From Psammoneis japonica (Eukaryota): a stretch of 64,000 nucleotides of DNA. Shown here in pieces: positions 46,666 through 58,750 of this stretch (position 1 is the first letter of the stretch; each line of letters starts with the position of its first letter). The stretch lies in contig QPGO01000049.1 in assembly GCA_008632985.1 (NCBI GenBank), positions 310,001 through 374,000 of the forward strand, read 5' to 3'. Both the position numbers and the translations under genes were made by a program. The notes under the pieces were generated by a model that did no database searches, was not told the origin of the DNA, and saw nothing but the letters and a program-made list of their open reading frames with translations.

Positions 46666-49049
46666 AGAGCTGGATGTCAGACAGACCTTTTGGCAGCCAG
46701 TGTGCTTCCACCATCAAATCATTGGTGCAATGTGCAGAGATCTGTGGATGAAGGTCCTCCTCTTGATTCTGTGGATCCTCCTCTGGATGTTGGAGGGCAT
46801 CCCCTGAGAGTGCCAGATGAGCCACCTTCACTCATGTTTTGCACTGTTTTGTTCAGTTGTGTGCTGTCCTCTCTAGCCACCAGTGTTCAGCCTCAACTGC
46901 AGGACTCACAGATTGTGAACAATCAACTCATCAAGAAATGAGACATTCTCTCTACTTGGCTGCAGCACTGTGGCATGATGCTGGCAGTTGTTTGGCAACA
47001 GCCCCCTCTGAGGTCTGATGATTTGCATTTCTCATTGTTGTCACATGATTTCTTTGATTTTTCAGGTTTGCTTTTCTCAGTTGGAGCAACAACCACAGGC
47101 ATTTTGATCTTTGTTTTTGGTGAAGGCACTGGAGCGGGAGGACAAAGCCATCCAAGATCATGAGTCCACAACCATGTGAAACTGCCGACAATGCATCTCC
47201 TGACAAGAACAGGTGGAATGATCATCACAAATGTGTGAACTTTTTCTTGGCATGTCAAAGTGCACTCTTCAACAGTGTGGGTCGAAATCAAAAGTGTGCT
47301 CAACTGCCCCGATTGGCAATGAGATTTTTTCATCATCACTTGCAGCAGGTGTGAAGGTGTCAGTGCAAGGCATTGGATGCATTGTGGTGCACAAAATGAA
47401 AGTGCCCGGGAGCCATCTTTTGCCACCATCGTCGGCCTCAAATTTTGATGTGGGTCGCAGAATTCATGCCCCAAACGTGCTGGCACACAGACTTTTTTGA
47501 TGGTCTCACTTCCAAAAACATCCCCCAAAATGAGCGTTGAGTGTTGTGTGTGTGTGTGTGTGTGTGGGGGGGCATCTTTGGATGGAAGTGAGATCGTCGA
47601 AGGCTGTCTGATCGTCAATGTGTTTGGGGGTTTTCCCAGCGCAATTTGCACCCACAAGAAAACACGCAGAATCTGCTCGCACCCCCAAATGCCCCCCCCA
47701 TCGCACTGACTGACAGACTTTGTTGGTGCAAATTCTGTGCAACTTTCGTCGACAGTCTCACTTCCAAAGATGTCCCCCAGCTGTGGGGGTTGGCAGCTTT
47801 TTTTGTTCAAATGCTGGGAATCCCAGCGTCTCCTTCTCACTGTCCACAACCTTGGCACTGACCAAACAAATCTGCCCTCAAGGATTCCGGATTCCTTTTG
47901 CTGTCTTGCTTCTGTTCAAATAAATTCTGTCCATCTGTGCATTTGGGGTGTTTTGTCAGTGGGGCTGCGCACAATTTCAATGTGTGAAAATGATGCAGAG
48001 TTTGTCCTGCGTTCACATGAAGTTTTCAAACACCCCGATTGCACTGATTGACAGACTGCTCCAGTGCAAATCATCGCTCAGTCTGGGCACCAGGATCCAG
48101 GGAATGAAACTTGCTTTTTTTTAATCAGGAAATTGTGCATTCGACCAAGAAATTGCTTTTTTGTGTGGAAGCACACAGCCATTGACAAATGACACAAACA
48201 TCTGTTGAATCCACAATGATGTCAACAGAGCTGTTTGCACTCATTTTGGTCCCCTCACATGGGAGCTTTTGCTTGGTTGACACAAGGTCAAAACCTCTTT
48301 GGATGTGTGCCAAAATGACAAACCCAGGATTCAGACCCACATGCTTGTGACAGCTGCATTGCTTGTGGAGCTCACCCTTTGTCATTGGTTTCCTGTTGTG
48401 ACTTCTTCAGAACTTGACATGCAACAATGTCATGGCATTGAGTTGTGTCAAAAGTGTTTGGCAAGAATGTCAAACTGAGCAGCCACAAGCAAAAATTCTG
48501 GGACTGAATCCTGGGTTTTGTGGGGCACCATGACTGGACAATGAGCAAGATTGTTCAAACAGCAGCTGTCCAGACATTCCCCAGTTCTCTGTTTTTTTCT
48601 TTCTTCCCTTTGCACACTGGTCATCTCCCTGCCCACTTTGTTGTCTGGATCTCATGATTTCATGTGTGTTTGCTTTTTTGTTGCAATTGTTTGTGTTCTG
48701 TTTTTGCTGCTGGAGTTGCAGCCAAAGTGCTGGCTGATGGAGCATGTGGGGCTCCACATGTGGTGGTTGCTCACCATGCACTTGCCCAGACAAATGCCCC
48801 TGCAAAGAAGCAAAGCACCAAGCACCCAGCAGGACATTTTCCGGGTGCCTTCCACCTGGCAGAGCAAGTCCACAGTCTTGCACCATTGGGCAGAGGGTGC
48901 TTCTTGCCAATGTGCTCCAGCCCCAGGTGGGAGAGCTTGCATCACTGATGTGTGACACAATTTTTTTGTCATCTGTCACATGTTTCGTGTGCACATTTCT
49001 GCATGTGACATTCTAAAAAAATGTTCCAGACATGCTGTTTTGCAAAGCC

Positions 49050-50390
49050 CCAGACATTTCATTTGATGAACTTGTGGGAACAACAATGTGCCAGATGTGT
49101 TCTAGCCGCCAGCTGCACGTGAACCAAAATGAGCACAATGATGACATTCACGTGAATTTTTACGTGGTCTCTGACTTGCAAACAAGCTTTCACCACCCAA
49201 AGCACAGATTTGCACAAACAAAAATGTTTTGCAACACTGACAAGACTGGCATCAGTGTTGCGGTGTCATTGTTTTTGTGCAGTCAACGTTTTTTCATTGT
49301 GACAAAAGAGTTGTAACACAACAGATGATTTTCGCCAAAAATTTTTGAAGATTCACACACTGTTGCTGTTTGCAGGCTAACAAATGACATTTGTGCATGC
49401 ACTTTGTAGTGTCAATCCACTTGCACAAAAATTTCTGTGCTGTGAGTGCTGACGCACAGTCAGCATTGTTTCCACATGACAGTTTTGTGACATGTGTGTC
49501 ATCGAGACTTGAGCGCCAATGAAAAAAATTGTTTGAATGTCCACACTCTAATTGAGTGTAGAAGCCAGAATGCACAAGCATTTTAATGAACAGCCTCAGG
49601 AATGCATGGAGCTTGCACAAACCATGTTCAAAATGGGCTGCCATTTTGTGCATCACCTGGGGCTGGAACATGTCACCAGGTGCGTTCTTCAATGTCTGAA
49701 GAGCGCACCTGGCCAAGTGAAAAATGATGCACTTCAGTCATGGATGAGTTTGTGCATTCACAAAATTGCCTCATTTTCTGTTGGCAATCATCGACACTTT
49801 CATTGCCTGACAATTGCAGAGCTTGCATGCAGAATTCTGTGGGCCCAATGTCACACAGATTCCCGCCTGCATCTGGAGACGTGTTCCAGCCACACATGAA
49901 CCAAAACATGCACAAAAGTGACATTTGTGTGATTTTTACATGGTCTCTAACTTGCGGCACAAACAAGCTTTCACCACCAAAAGCACACATTAATTCAAAC
50001 ACATGTGTTTTGCAACACTGACAAGACTCGTGCACACAACAATTGGTTTTTGCCAAAATTTTTAAAGATTCATGTGCTGTTGATGTTTGAAGGCCAGCAC
50101 AAAATGTTTGTGTGTGGTGCGCATTTTGCAGTGACAATCTGCTTGCACAAAAATTTCTGCAGTGCAAGTGCTGACACATGGTTGGCATTGTTTCCATGTG
50201 GCAGTTTTGTGATGTGCACGTCATGAAGACTTGAACTCTGATGAAAAATTTGTTCAAATGTTCACACTCTCTAATCAAGTGCAAAAGCCAGAGTGCACAA
50301 GCATTTCAATGAACAGCCTCGACACACAAAGCTTGCACAAATTGTGCTCAAAATGGATTGTTGTTTTGTGCATCACCTGGGGCCAGTGCA
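49050..50390. repeat. Degenerate tandem duplication, offset ~720-780 bp
   Basis: acaagctttcaccac at ~49182 and ~49963; ttgcacaaaaatttctg at 49421 and ~50143; tgcacaagcattt.aatgaacagcctc at ~49571 and ~50293. Confidence 0.75.
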
Positions 50391-52900
50391 GCATGCGACT
50401 GTCATGTGCATGTCTGTAATTGCACATTGTGTGTGTCAATCGCACCACATTCATGCATGCGCACGAAGGACAGAACGATCACACAGAGTTGATTGGATGT
50501 CGAAAATTGCAAATGCAATCGATTGACAATGTTGACATCTTGCGTGTCAATGGCAATTGCACCCAGATGATCTGTTGTCACAATTGCATTCTCCGAAAGG
50601 CCTTTTGTCTGCAGAAACAGCACAGAAGCTTTGGGCCATTGAGAACTCATTCGGAGAAACCAAAAATCACAGAACAAAATTTAATCTCACAATTTCCACT
50701 TTTTGCACTTTGCTCTGCTTTTGTTTGTGCTTGTTCTTCAAGCACAGTGCACCAGAGCACGTCTGGAACATGTCTGCCCATGGTGCACGGGTGCAAAAAG
50801 TGCTGTTTTTGCATCATTTGTTTTGAGCCGCTCACCATCGCAAGTCTGTGTGTCAACCAACATGCGCATGCTTTGCACACCCCATGCCCACCCACGCACA
50901 GAACAAACAGGCATCAGGAATGAACAGGAACCAGACAAAGCATGGACAAATTGCAAAAAGCATGGGGGAACTTTCTCACAGATTCTATGAGACAAATGGG
51001 TGACAGACAGACAAGTGTGACAGAAAAGGCCAATTTTTGTCATCCTCATGCTTTTTGTGCCACATTCGATGCTGACAATGGCGTGCTGTTGTCAATGCTG
51101 TTGACTGGTTTTTGTGTGACGAAACGCATCATGTGTGTCTTGTGGCAAGTGACAAGCATGGATGCAAGCCCATGTTGACCCTGGGTGCAGTGTTTGTGGT
51201 TAATTTCAGGGCATTGTTGTCACTGGATTTTTTTGCAATTTTCTGTGTGAATCATGCACAGCAAAAATGTGGGACATTGATGACAGTGGAGTCATCTTGA
51301 AATGACTGATTGGAGCCACCAGACAGACACCAGTGAGCCAAATGTTGTGCATCAGCTGCACTTGGCTGTCATGTTTGTGTTGTTGCTGCTGCACATGCCT
51401 GAAATCAGTGCAGATGTTGTTTTCATCCCCACATGGTTGCCATTGTTGCTTGTCATGTTGTGTCACATTTTCATGCATCTCGGTTGCATTTTTCGAATCA
51501 ACCTCATCTTTTTTTTTGAGGTTGTGTGCAGCTTGCAATTCTTGCATAAACCTTGTGCCAGCAAAATGCCAGGAAACTGGCATCTGTTGCCTGTTCATTC
51601 TTTCTGCAGCTGCCCCCGGTCAAGTCATGGACTCTCACACAGGAATCTCAAAATCCGCAAGAGCAACGGGGCACATTTCCCACCACACACATGACCCTGG
51701 TGCATTGGCTGTCTGAATTCTCTGAGAGTCAGTCTGTCAAGTGATGGGCTGGTGGGGTGTGCAAAGCATGTGAGTGTCGTCATGGAGAGTGGTTTTCAGT
51801 TTTTTCAGTTTGTTTTGCGTTGCCTGGGTGCCGCACACGGCATCGCCACTTGCTGTCTGTGCAGTGATTTCTGTCATGATTTGCACTTTTGTCTGTCCCT
51901 GCAAGCAGTCTGCCACACCACGGGTTGGCTGGCACTGGCATTGTTGATTTGGTGGGGAGTCTCTAGAGCCAGCTGCTGGCTGAAAAAGTCTGCTCATCAG
52001 TGCGTTTGGGGAATTTGCCAGTGCAACTCTGTTCAGGGTTCTTAAATTGCAGAATTTTCTGTCATGGTCAGTTCACAAAAAATTGTTACATTGCGAAGAA
52101 AGCGCAAGTGCACCATCATAAAAAAATGCGATTGCACTGATTTGGCAATCACACTGCAATCATGTTGTGATGCTGCCTCCTCCCGGCAGGGGCGTGCCCC
52201 GTGCGCCCTCCGCACAGGAGCGCCTGCATGATCTGGGTAAATTTCCAGCATCAATTTGGACCTTGATGGCAACCTCAAAGACACTGTGTAAGATGACACT
52301 GGAAACATGCATGGAAAACTGGCAGTGCATTCACTCGTGCTGCAGTTGTTTCTTTTGCACTGCCTTGTCCCAAGATGCAATTGTGGCAAGGAGAGGCAAA
52401 ATGAGGGGCGGCCATTGCTTCTTTCCATCTCTCTTGTTTCTCTTTTCTCAAGAGGTGCAATGTGGAAACGAGACAGTGCCAGTGGCCAGAGACTGCGTGG
52501 TGTGCAAAAAGAGCGGCGATGGTGTGGTGCCTCCGAAAAATGTGACGTGCATGCGTGACGCAAGATTCCACATTCCGAATTCTCACATTTGGCTCTCGAA
52601 AAGAGCTTGCACAATGATTGACAGACTCTTTCAGCACTGAAATGGACAGCTTGCCGAGTTCATTTTTGGTGTGCCAGTGCAAAGTTGTGCAGATCTGCAC
52701 ACACAGGTTTCTATGTGCATTTGCACTGAAATGGCAGTTGGCCCATCAGCTCATTCAAATTTGTGCAGCAACCCACCCGTGCATGCCGCACTTGCAATGG
52801 TGATGACACAACAGCATTGTTTGCACTCTGATGCTGCCTTTTCACTTCACATCTCCCTTGCCATGGAGTTTAAGAATGTAACTGACAATCGGTTCAAGAA

Positions 52901-53243
52901 AATGGCAGGTTGTGATCGGGTTGCAGGGGTTTTGTTTTGCCATGAAAAGATGCCGTTGGACCCATCAACATGACACACAATGGTCAGTGTTGACATTGAG
53001 ACGACATGTTGACCCCAATTGAAGCATCTTTGGCAACATTGTGGCACTGGCATGCAGTGTGGAAGACTCAGCAATGGCAGGTCGTGACCGAGTTACAGGG
53101 GTTTTGTTTCGCCATAAAAAGATGCCGTTGGACCCATCAACATGACGTGCAATGGTCGGTGTTGGAATTGCAACAATGCACTGATCCCATTTGAAGCATC
53201 CTCAGTGGTGTTGTGATGTTGGCATTCTACATGGAAGACTCAG
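52901..53243. repeat. Tandem repeat, 172-bp unit, two clear copies plus a degenerate continuation
   Basis: aatggcaggt.gtga...aaaagatgccgttggacccatcaacatgac starts at 52901 and 53073. Confidence 0.85.
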
Positions 53244-54312
53244 TGGTTCTCAATGTGGTGGCATGATGGTGGAGTTGGCTGGAGGCCAAGGAGGACTTAC
53301 CCTGAGTGTGTTTCTGTGGATGCAAGAACCGCAAATGATGCATTGGCCCCATTGGAAGTTACTTTAGCAGCACTGTGGCAAATGTGACCGGTGTGGATGA
53401 CTCATCAGAGCTCAAATTGGTGGCATGACAGTGAATTTAGCCTGATCCCAAGGAGGGCTTGTTCTGAAAAGGTTGCTCATCCAGGGACTGTGACTGGCTG
53501 CTTTGTCGTCCTTTTCACCATGCAGCAGAAGTTTAGAGGGATCTGCATTGTGGGCACAAACAAGTGATGTTTCCAAAAAGATTTGTGGTTGTAGACATCA
53601 ACCAGTCACATGACAAATCCATGACTGAAATAAAATGCTGGAGAGTTGTCAAGTCGGCGGCGTTGTCATCTTGTTGGACGAGCTAGAAGTCTCATCATTT
53701 GCTCTCCTACGGCAGAGAGCATTGATTGAATTGAACATCAACTTGATGTGGGAGACAACAGTCACATTGGTGGAGGAGTTGGCTGTGGTTGTCATTTGAG
53801 AATGATTCAAAGTGGGTGACGCAGGCCTCTGTTACGACCCAACAACATGCAAACAGCTGTGCAGTCTATGTTGAAGCTTCTGACCAGCTTTGAAGGCAAT
53901 TCATTTTGTCTGTCGACAGACCGACCATCTGTGTGTTGTGTGTGACAATGATGTTTTGGCATTTTTGCTTTACATTCACAGTGTGTCAGCAACGCCATTC
54001 GCTCTCTTTGTGCTTTGTGTTGTTCTTGTGTTGGAGCTCGCAGAGTTCGTGATGTTCGCACGCATGCATGAGAAACTGTCGCATGTGGAAACACATTGAA
54101 TTTCTGCTGGCATGCTGTCCTCGAAAAGTCCAACGGACGAGAGGGGCCTGTGACCGTTGGTCATCGTCACCCCACAGAAAAAACCGTTGAAAATGACCCT
54201 CTGACCTCGGGACGATTGTTTTCCCCGTTGCACCTCTCATTCTTCCGAAGAGCAAAGCAACAACTAGACAGTTTTAATCGCTGTCTCGAGGCTGAGGACA
54301 CCTTCAGCCACA

Positions 54313-56559
54313 TTGTTTGTTGCATTTGCTCGCAGGGACACTGCATTTGTTGTGGCAAACGTGCCACCACCACCAGGAGCAGGACAAGGACTGCCACCAG
54401 TGGCGAACCCAAATGCGGGAGGTCAACCGGCACAAGCTGCGGCACCTCACGCACACGTTGCACCGCAACCAGGGGCAACCCAACCAGCCCCACCAGTTCA
54501 TCTGGTCCCAGGAGGAGCTGGAGCACCGCCCCCACCGGCACAGCCAGTCGCTGCGCCACCCCAACAGCCACCGATGGTGCCCTTGCCAATGCCAGTCATC
54601 AACACATGCCAGGCCTGCTGCTCCACGATCAACAATGATCCGCACGGCAGTGAATGCGCCGACCCGATGTTGGATTTTGCAGCGATTGTAAATGGCAACG
54701 CAAGGCACGGGGCGAACGCACTTGCGGAACGAGTTGCGTCGGCCTCGACGCACAACATGCCCATGGCCATGGCACTCCATTGCCGCGACCCCAACGCAAA
54801 CGCGGTGGATCCGGGCCGCATCCAAATCTGCCATCGCATCACTCAGCACCCAACCACGGTCGTGGGGCCACCCCAGCCATGGGATGGTCAGAAGTTTGCG
54901 ATCGTTGGTGACCTGCACCAAGGACAGCACACCGTTGTGACTTTCCCGGATGTGCATTTTGCGTTGGCCGCACCAGGGACTTGGGTTCCTGCTGATGCAG
55001 CATCAGCGACCCATGTCACCGCTGCGCCCGATGGGTTACACCCGGCTGTGGCAGCGCACAACGCGGACTCGGAGGAGGTGCGGACGAGGGGGGCCATGTT
55101 TGTGCCTTTCGATTTAGTCAAGCTGCTCCTGCCAGAGCCGCTGACCCCTGAGGAGGCACACACTCGCGCATGTGGAGCGCTTGACGCAGCGAACAAAGTG
55201 GCTGATTGCCAGGCACTTCTGGATTTTCTTCGCGTCGCATGTGTTGTGACGCAAGTTAATGGCGAGGAGTCGGTGGTTTGCACGGAGTGGCCCGCTCTCC
55301 CGCAACCGCCTGACAAGCACCTGATTCGTTTTTTTGACCAACGCGTGCATCACGACCTCCCTGGATTTAAAACACAGGCTGCGCCGGGACCGCAGTTCCA
55401 GCCGGTTATTCACGCTGTCGACAACCTCACCGCGGAACAATGGCAACAGCGTTTGGACACCCAAGCCCGCCAGCAGGCTGCCGATCACGGAAAGACACCA
55501 GTGCAGTTCTACGGAGAACATGGTGTCACAAAACGTTTGGCTGCTGCACGCAAGACTGGACGGATCACTGCAGTGCAGAATGCTGTGGATGAGCAACGCC
55601 AGGCACAGAATGTGTGCTTTGAGGTTCCAATCTCAGTTGGCATGGTTGCCAAGCTCGTTCAACTCACATTGGCCGGACATGATAAAGATGACCTCACCCA
55701 AGGTGTCAATCCCTTCATTTTTGGACTCACCACTCCTCAACAGGCGGAACAGACAGCACACCGTGCGGCCATGTGCCGCCAGATTCACGGTGGAATGGGC
55801 ACGCCCTCCCTGTCCGACACTGTGGTCCTTGAAGCACCGGACGACGCGAAGGTTGCTGCCACTGTGCAGGCGGTTCAACATTCACTTGATGGACTCCGGG
55901 TGGTCCTGTCTGCGGCCTCAGGCGCCACCCACCTGGTCGTCCATTACCTCATGGACCTTCGCCGCTCCTTGGATGTTTGCGCAAACGATCTTGCACTGCA
56001 GATGATGCACTGCCCTGCACTGCCTGCAGATTTCCAGTGCTGTGTCCAGATCGAAATCCATCATTGGTTTAAAGATCAAGAATCCATGCATAATCCCGTT
56101 CCTTTCACGCCCAAGAATGTCATCTACGAGGCGGCCAAGGGTGCCATGAATTGGCAGCGTCCGCTGCCGATTGCCGTTCGACCTCAAGGCCCACCAACAT
56201 GCGGCCCGACGGGACCGCTTCAGCATCCGGGATCAACTCAAGCACCTGCACCCTCACCTGCTGGGCAAGCTCAGACTCCGGGCGACAATTCCATTGTTTG
56301 CAACGAAAACTACGATGACCGTTTTTCTGCTGTTCGTGACCGCCCAAACGTGCGCTCTCGTGAAGTCAAGCAGCGCTGTGCTCGCAACAACATTGCCTTG
56401 CCCGTTGACTTGAATGGCGCTGCCCGTTGCCTCCCCTGCCACATTGAGGGGCAATGCAACACCAATTGTGGTTCCCGCAATGACCATCACGGATGCCACA
56501 CCGATGCAAAGCAGGCTTCGCTCCTCGAGTGGGCCACGGAGCATTGGAAAACTGAGTGA
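54313..56559 (+). CDS. ORF1 gag-like protein of the YR retrotransposon (mutated)
   Basis: 748-codon frame with Pro/Ala-rich N-terminus and C-terminal Cys/His finger CLPCHIEGQCNTNCGSRNDH; true start unclear. Confidence 0.75.
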   Translation: MFVAFARRDTAFVVANVPPPPGAGQGLPPVANPNAGGQPAQAAAPHAHVAPQPGATQPAPPVHLVPGGAGAPPPPAQPVAAPPQQPPMVPLPMPVINTCQACCSTINNDPHGSECADPMLDFAAIVNGNARHGANALAERVASASTHNMPMAMALHCRDPNANAVDPGRIQICHRITQHPTTVVGPPQPWDGQKFAIVGDLHQGQHTVVTFPDVHFALAAPGTWVPADAASATHVTAAPDGLHPAVAAHNADSEEVRTRGAMFVPFDLVKLLLPEPLTPEEAHTRACGALDAANKVADCQALLDFLRVACVVTQVNGEESVVCTEWPALPQPPDKHLIRFFDQRVHHDLPGFKTQAAPGPQFQPVIHAVDNLTAEQWQQRLDTQARQQAADHGKTPVQFYGEHGVTKRLAAARKTGRITAVQNAVDEQRQAQNVCFEVPISVGMVAKLVQLTLAGHDKDDLTQGVNPFIFGLTTPQQAEQTAHRAAMCRQIHGGMGTPSLSDTVVLEAPDDAKVAATVQAVQHSLDGLRVVLSAASGATHLVVHYLMDLRRSLDVCANDLALQMMHCPALPADFQCCVQIEIHHWFKDQESMHNPVPFTPKNVIYEAAKGAMNWQRPLPIAVRPQGPPTCGPTGPLQHPGSTQAPAPSPAGQAQTPGDNSIVCNENYDDRFSAVRDRPNVRSREVKQRCARNNIALPVDLNGAARCLPCHIEGQCNTNCGSRNDHHGCHTDAKQASLLEWATEHWKTE

Positions 56560-56730
56560 GAATTCGGCAGCGGCATCGGTTCGGGGACCGACCACCGAGA
56601 GCCTTTTCATCTGGAGCCGGCGACGGCACCAGACCCGCCACCCCCACAGGCGGAGAATCTGTGTGCTCAGCAGAGCCATGGTCGTCCCACTCTTCGTGGG
56701 CAAACCATTGCAAACTCTGAGCTGGATAAA

Positions 56731-58750
56731 TTGGGCAAGCAAATTCTTAAGGATGCTCTTGCACTTCGTCAAAAAGGTCTCAGTTGCCTCCTTCGCCATC
56801 GCAGGAAGAGAGGAGACTGGGGTCAGCTCCGCAAGGCCGCAGGGCATCCAGCCCACAGGCTCTTGTGCCATTGCCGAACACGGGGAGCGCCCATCACGGT
56901 CGCCGATGCCCCGTGGACGGCTGAAGAGCTAGAAGCAAGTGTCATCAGGGGGCCACACAAGTCCACTTGTGAATGCATCGATTTTTTGCGCGAAGACATG
57001 CACGACTGCGTTGAAAAAGGTTTTTGGGTTGTGCCACCGTATGAGGAAGTGAAGAACGTTCCTGGTCTGCGCATTAGTCCGATGGGCGTTGTACCCCAAC
57101 ATGCCAGACGGCCCCGTCCCATTGTTGATTGCTCCCACTTTGGGGTCAATCAAGCCACACAGCCAAACGCCCACATGGGGGCAATGCAATTCGGCCGGAC
57201 ATTGGACCGTTTGCTTCGGCGCATCCTCCTCGCCAACCCGAAAAAGGGGCGAGTCTATCTCATGAAGATCGACCTCTCGGATGGCTTCTACAGGGTTTTC
57301 TTGTCTGAAGATCGTGCACCTTTGTTGGGCGTTTCTTTCCCACACTTGCCAGGCGAGCCACGCCTCGTGGCAACTCCGACATGTCTGCCCATGGGATGGA
57401 CTAATTCGCCACCAATCTTCAGTGCAGGTACAGAGACCGCGGCTGACTTGTCAAATCAGGCCTTGCTCCATAATGTCACAGCACCGCCACACCGATTGGA
57501 GCGACTCGCTGAGAGCCATCCACCGACACATCAACCGACACCGCCACCGGACCCGGCGCTCTCCGTCCCCGTTCCAGCCCAATCTGACCCACACCTCAAC
57601 CACTCTAAACGTCGGCGTCTAGCATGCATCGACGTTTATGTTGACGACTTCATCGGTGCAGCCCAGGGCGATGCGACCGCCCGCCGCAACGTGCACCGAG
57701 TTGTCATGCATGCCATCGACGACATCTTTCGCCCTGCCGATTCCCACGACTCGCCCACTCGCAAGGAGCCCACATCCGTCAAAAAGCTCCGCAAGGGCGA
57801 TGCAACGTGGACCACGCAGAAGGAGGTCCTTGGTTGGTTGATCGACACTCAGTCGATGACCTTGCGGCTAACACCACGCCGCCGAGAACGCCTTCACCAA
57901 ACACTGTGCCAGGACTTTCCCCGGAGCCGCCGCCACCCACTGTCCTCGATCACCAGAAGCTCCTGGGCGAATTGCGTTTGCTCGCCATTGCCTTGCCCGG
58001 AGCTCGAGGACTTTTCTCCGTTCTACAGGAGAATCTCCACCACGCTACACCCGATGCACGCCTCCGGCTCACGGAGAACGTGCACACCATTCTCGATGAT
58101 TTTCGAGACCTCTGTGCGACACTGGATGCACGCCCCACCCACATTCAAGAGCCAGCCCCGTTGGAACCCACTGTTGGGGGTTGTCACGACGCAGCCGGCC
58201 ATGGTGCCGGGGGCGTCCTGCTGCCAACTCCCACAGCTGTGCCACGAGCCACTCAACTCCGCACTGGCACCGGACGTGTCTGCTCTCACACACGCCTGGG
58301 CCCCATTGTGTGGCGCATGCCTTTTCCCAAGGACATGACTGCCAGCCTTGGCACCTGCGAGAATCCCAAGGGTCCCATCACCAACACCGACCTTGAGCTC
58401 GCGGGCAGCTTCATTCAGTCCTGCACCTTAGCGGATTGCTGTGACATCAGGGAACAAACTTTCCTTTCCCACACCGACAACCTCGGCACCATGTTTCAGC
58501 AACGCAAAGGAGCCAGCACGACCACAAAACCAGCCTCCCATCTCCTCCGGGGCCAAGCCCACCACCAACGCCATCACCGTTGTGTTGGCCTCCACGACCA
58601 CATCCCCGGCCCTCTCAACGGCGCAGCAGACAATGCTTCTCGCATGCAACGCCTCCCTGACTCTGATTTCTTGCACCATTTTGACTCTGCTCACCCACAG
58701 ATCTCCTCCTGGCGAATGTGGACCCCACCACCCGCGCTGCGTTCATTCGT
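56731..58750 (+). pseudogene. Reverse transcriptase / RNase H of the YR retrotransposon, frameshifted near 57930
   Basis: RISPMGVVPQ..RRPRPIVD, KIDLSDGFYR, LPMGWTNSPP, YVDDFIG and KEVLGW motifs; continues in the 57807 frame with DAAGHGAGGV, ITNTDLELAG, TDN and ADNASR. Confidence 0.88.

Noticed and set aside
47545..47565. (TG)n tract as a converted (TA)n microsatellite
   Set aside because: A symmetric process should give mixed TG/CA; an ordinary TG microsatellite explains it equally well.
38400..54000. Dense overlapping 60-330 aa ORFs on both strands, rich in Cys/His/Met/Trp/Gln (also at 1-2 kb, 8-16 kb and 22-25 kb)
   Set aside because: Expected by-product of TAA/TAG loss and TG/CA excess; no coherent domains apart from the fragments listed.
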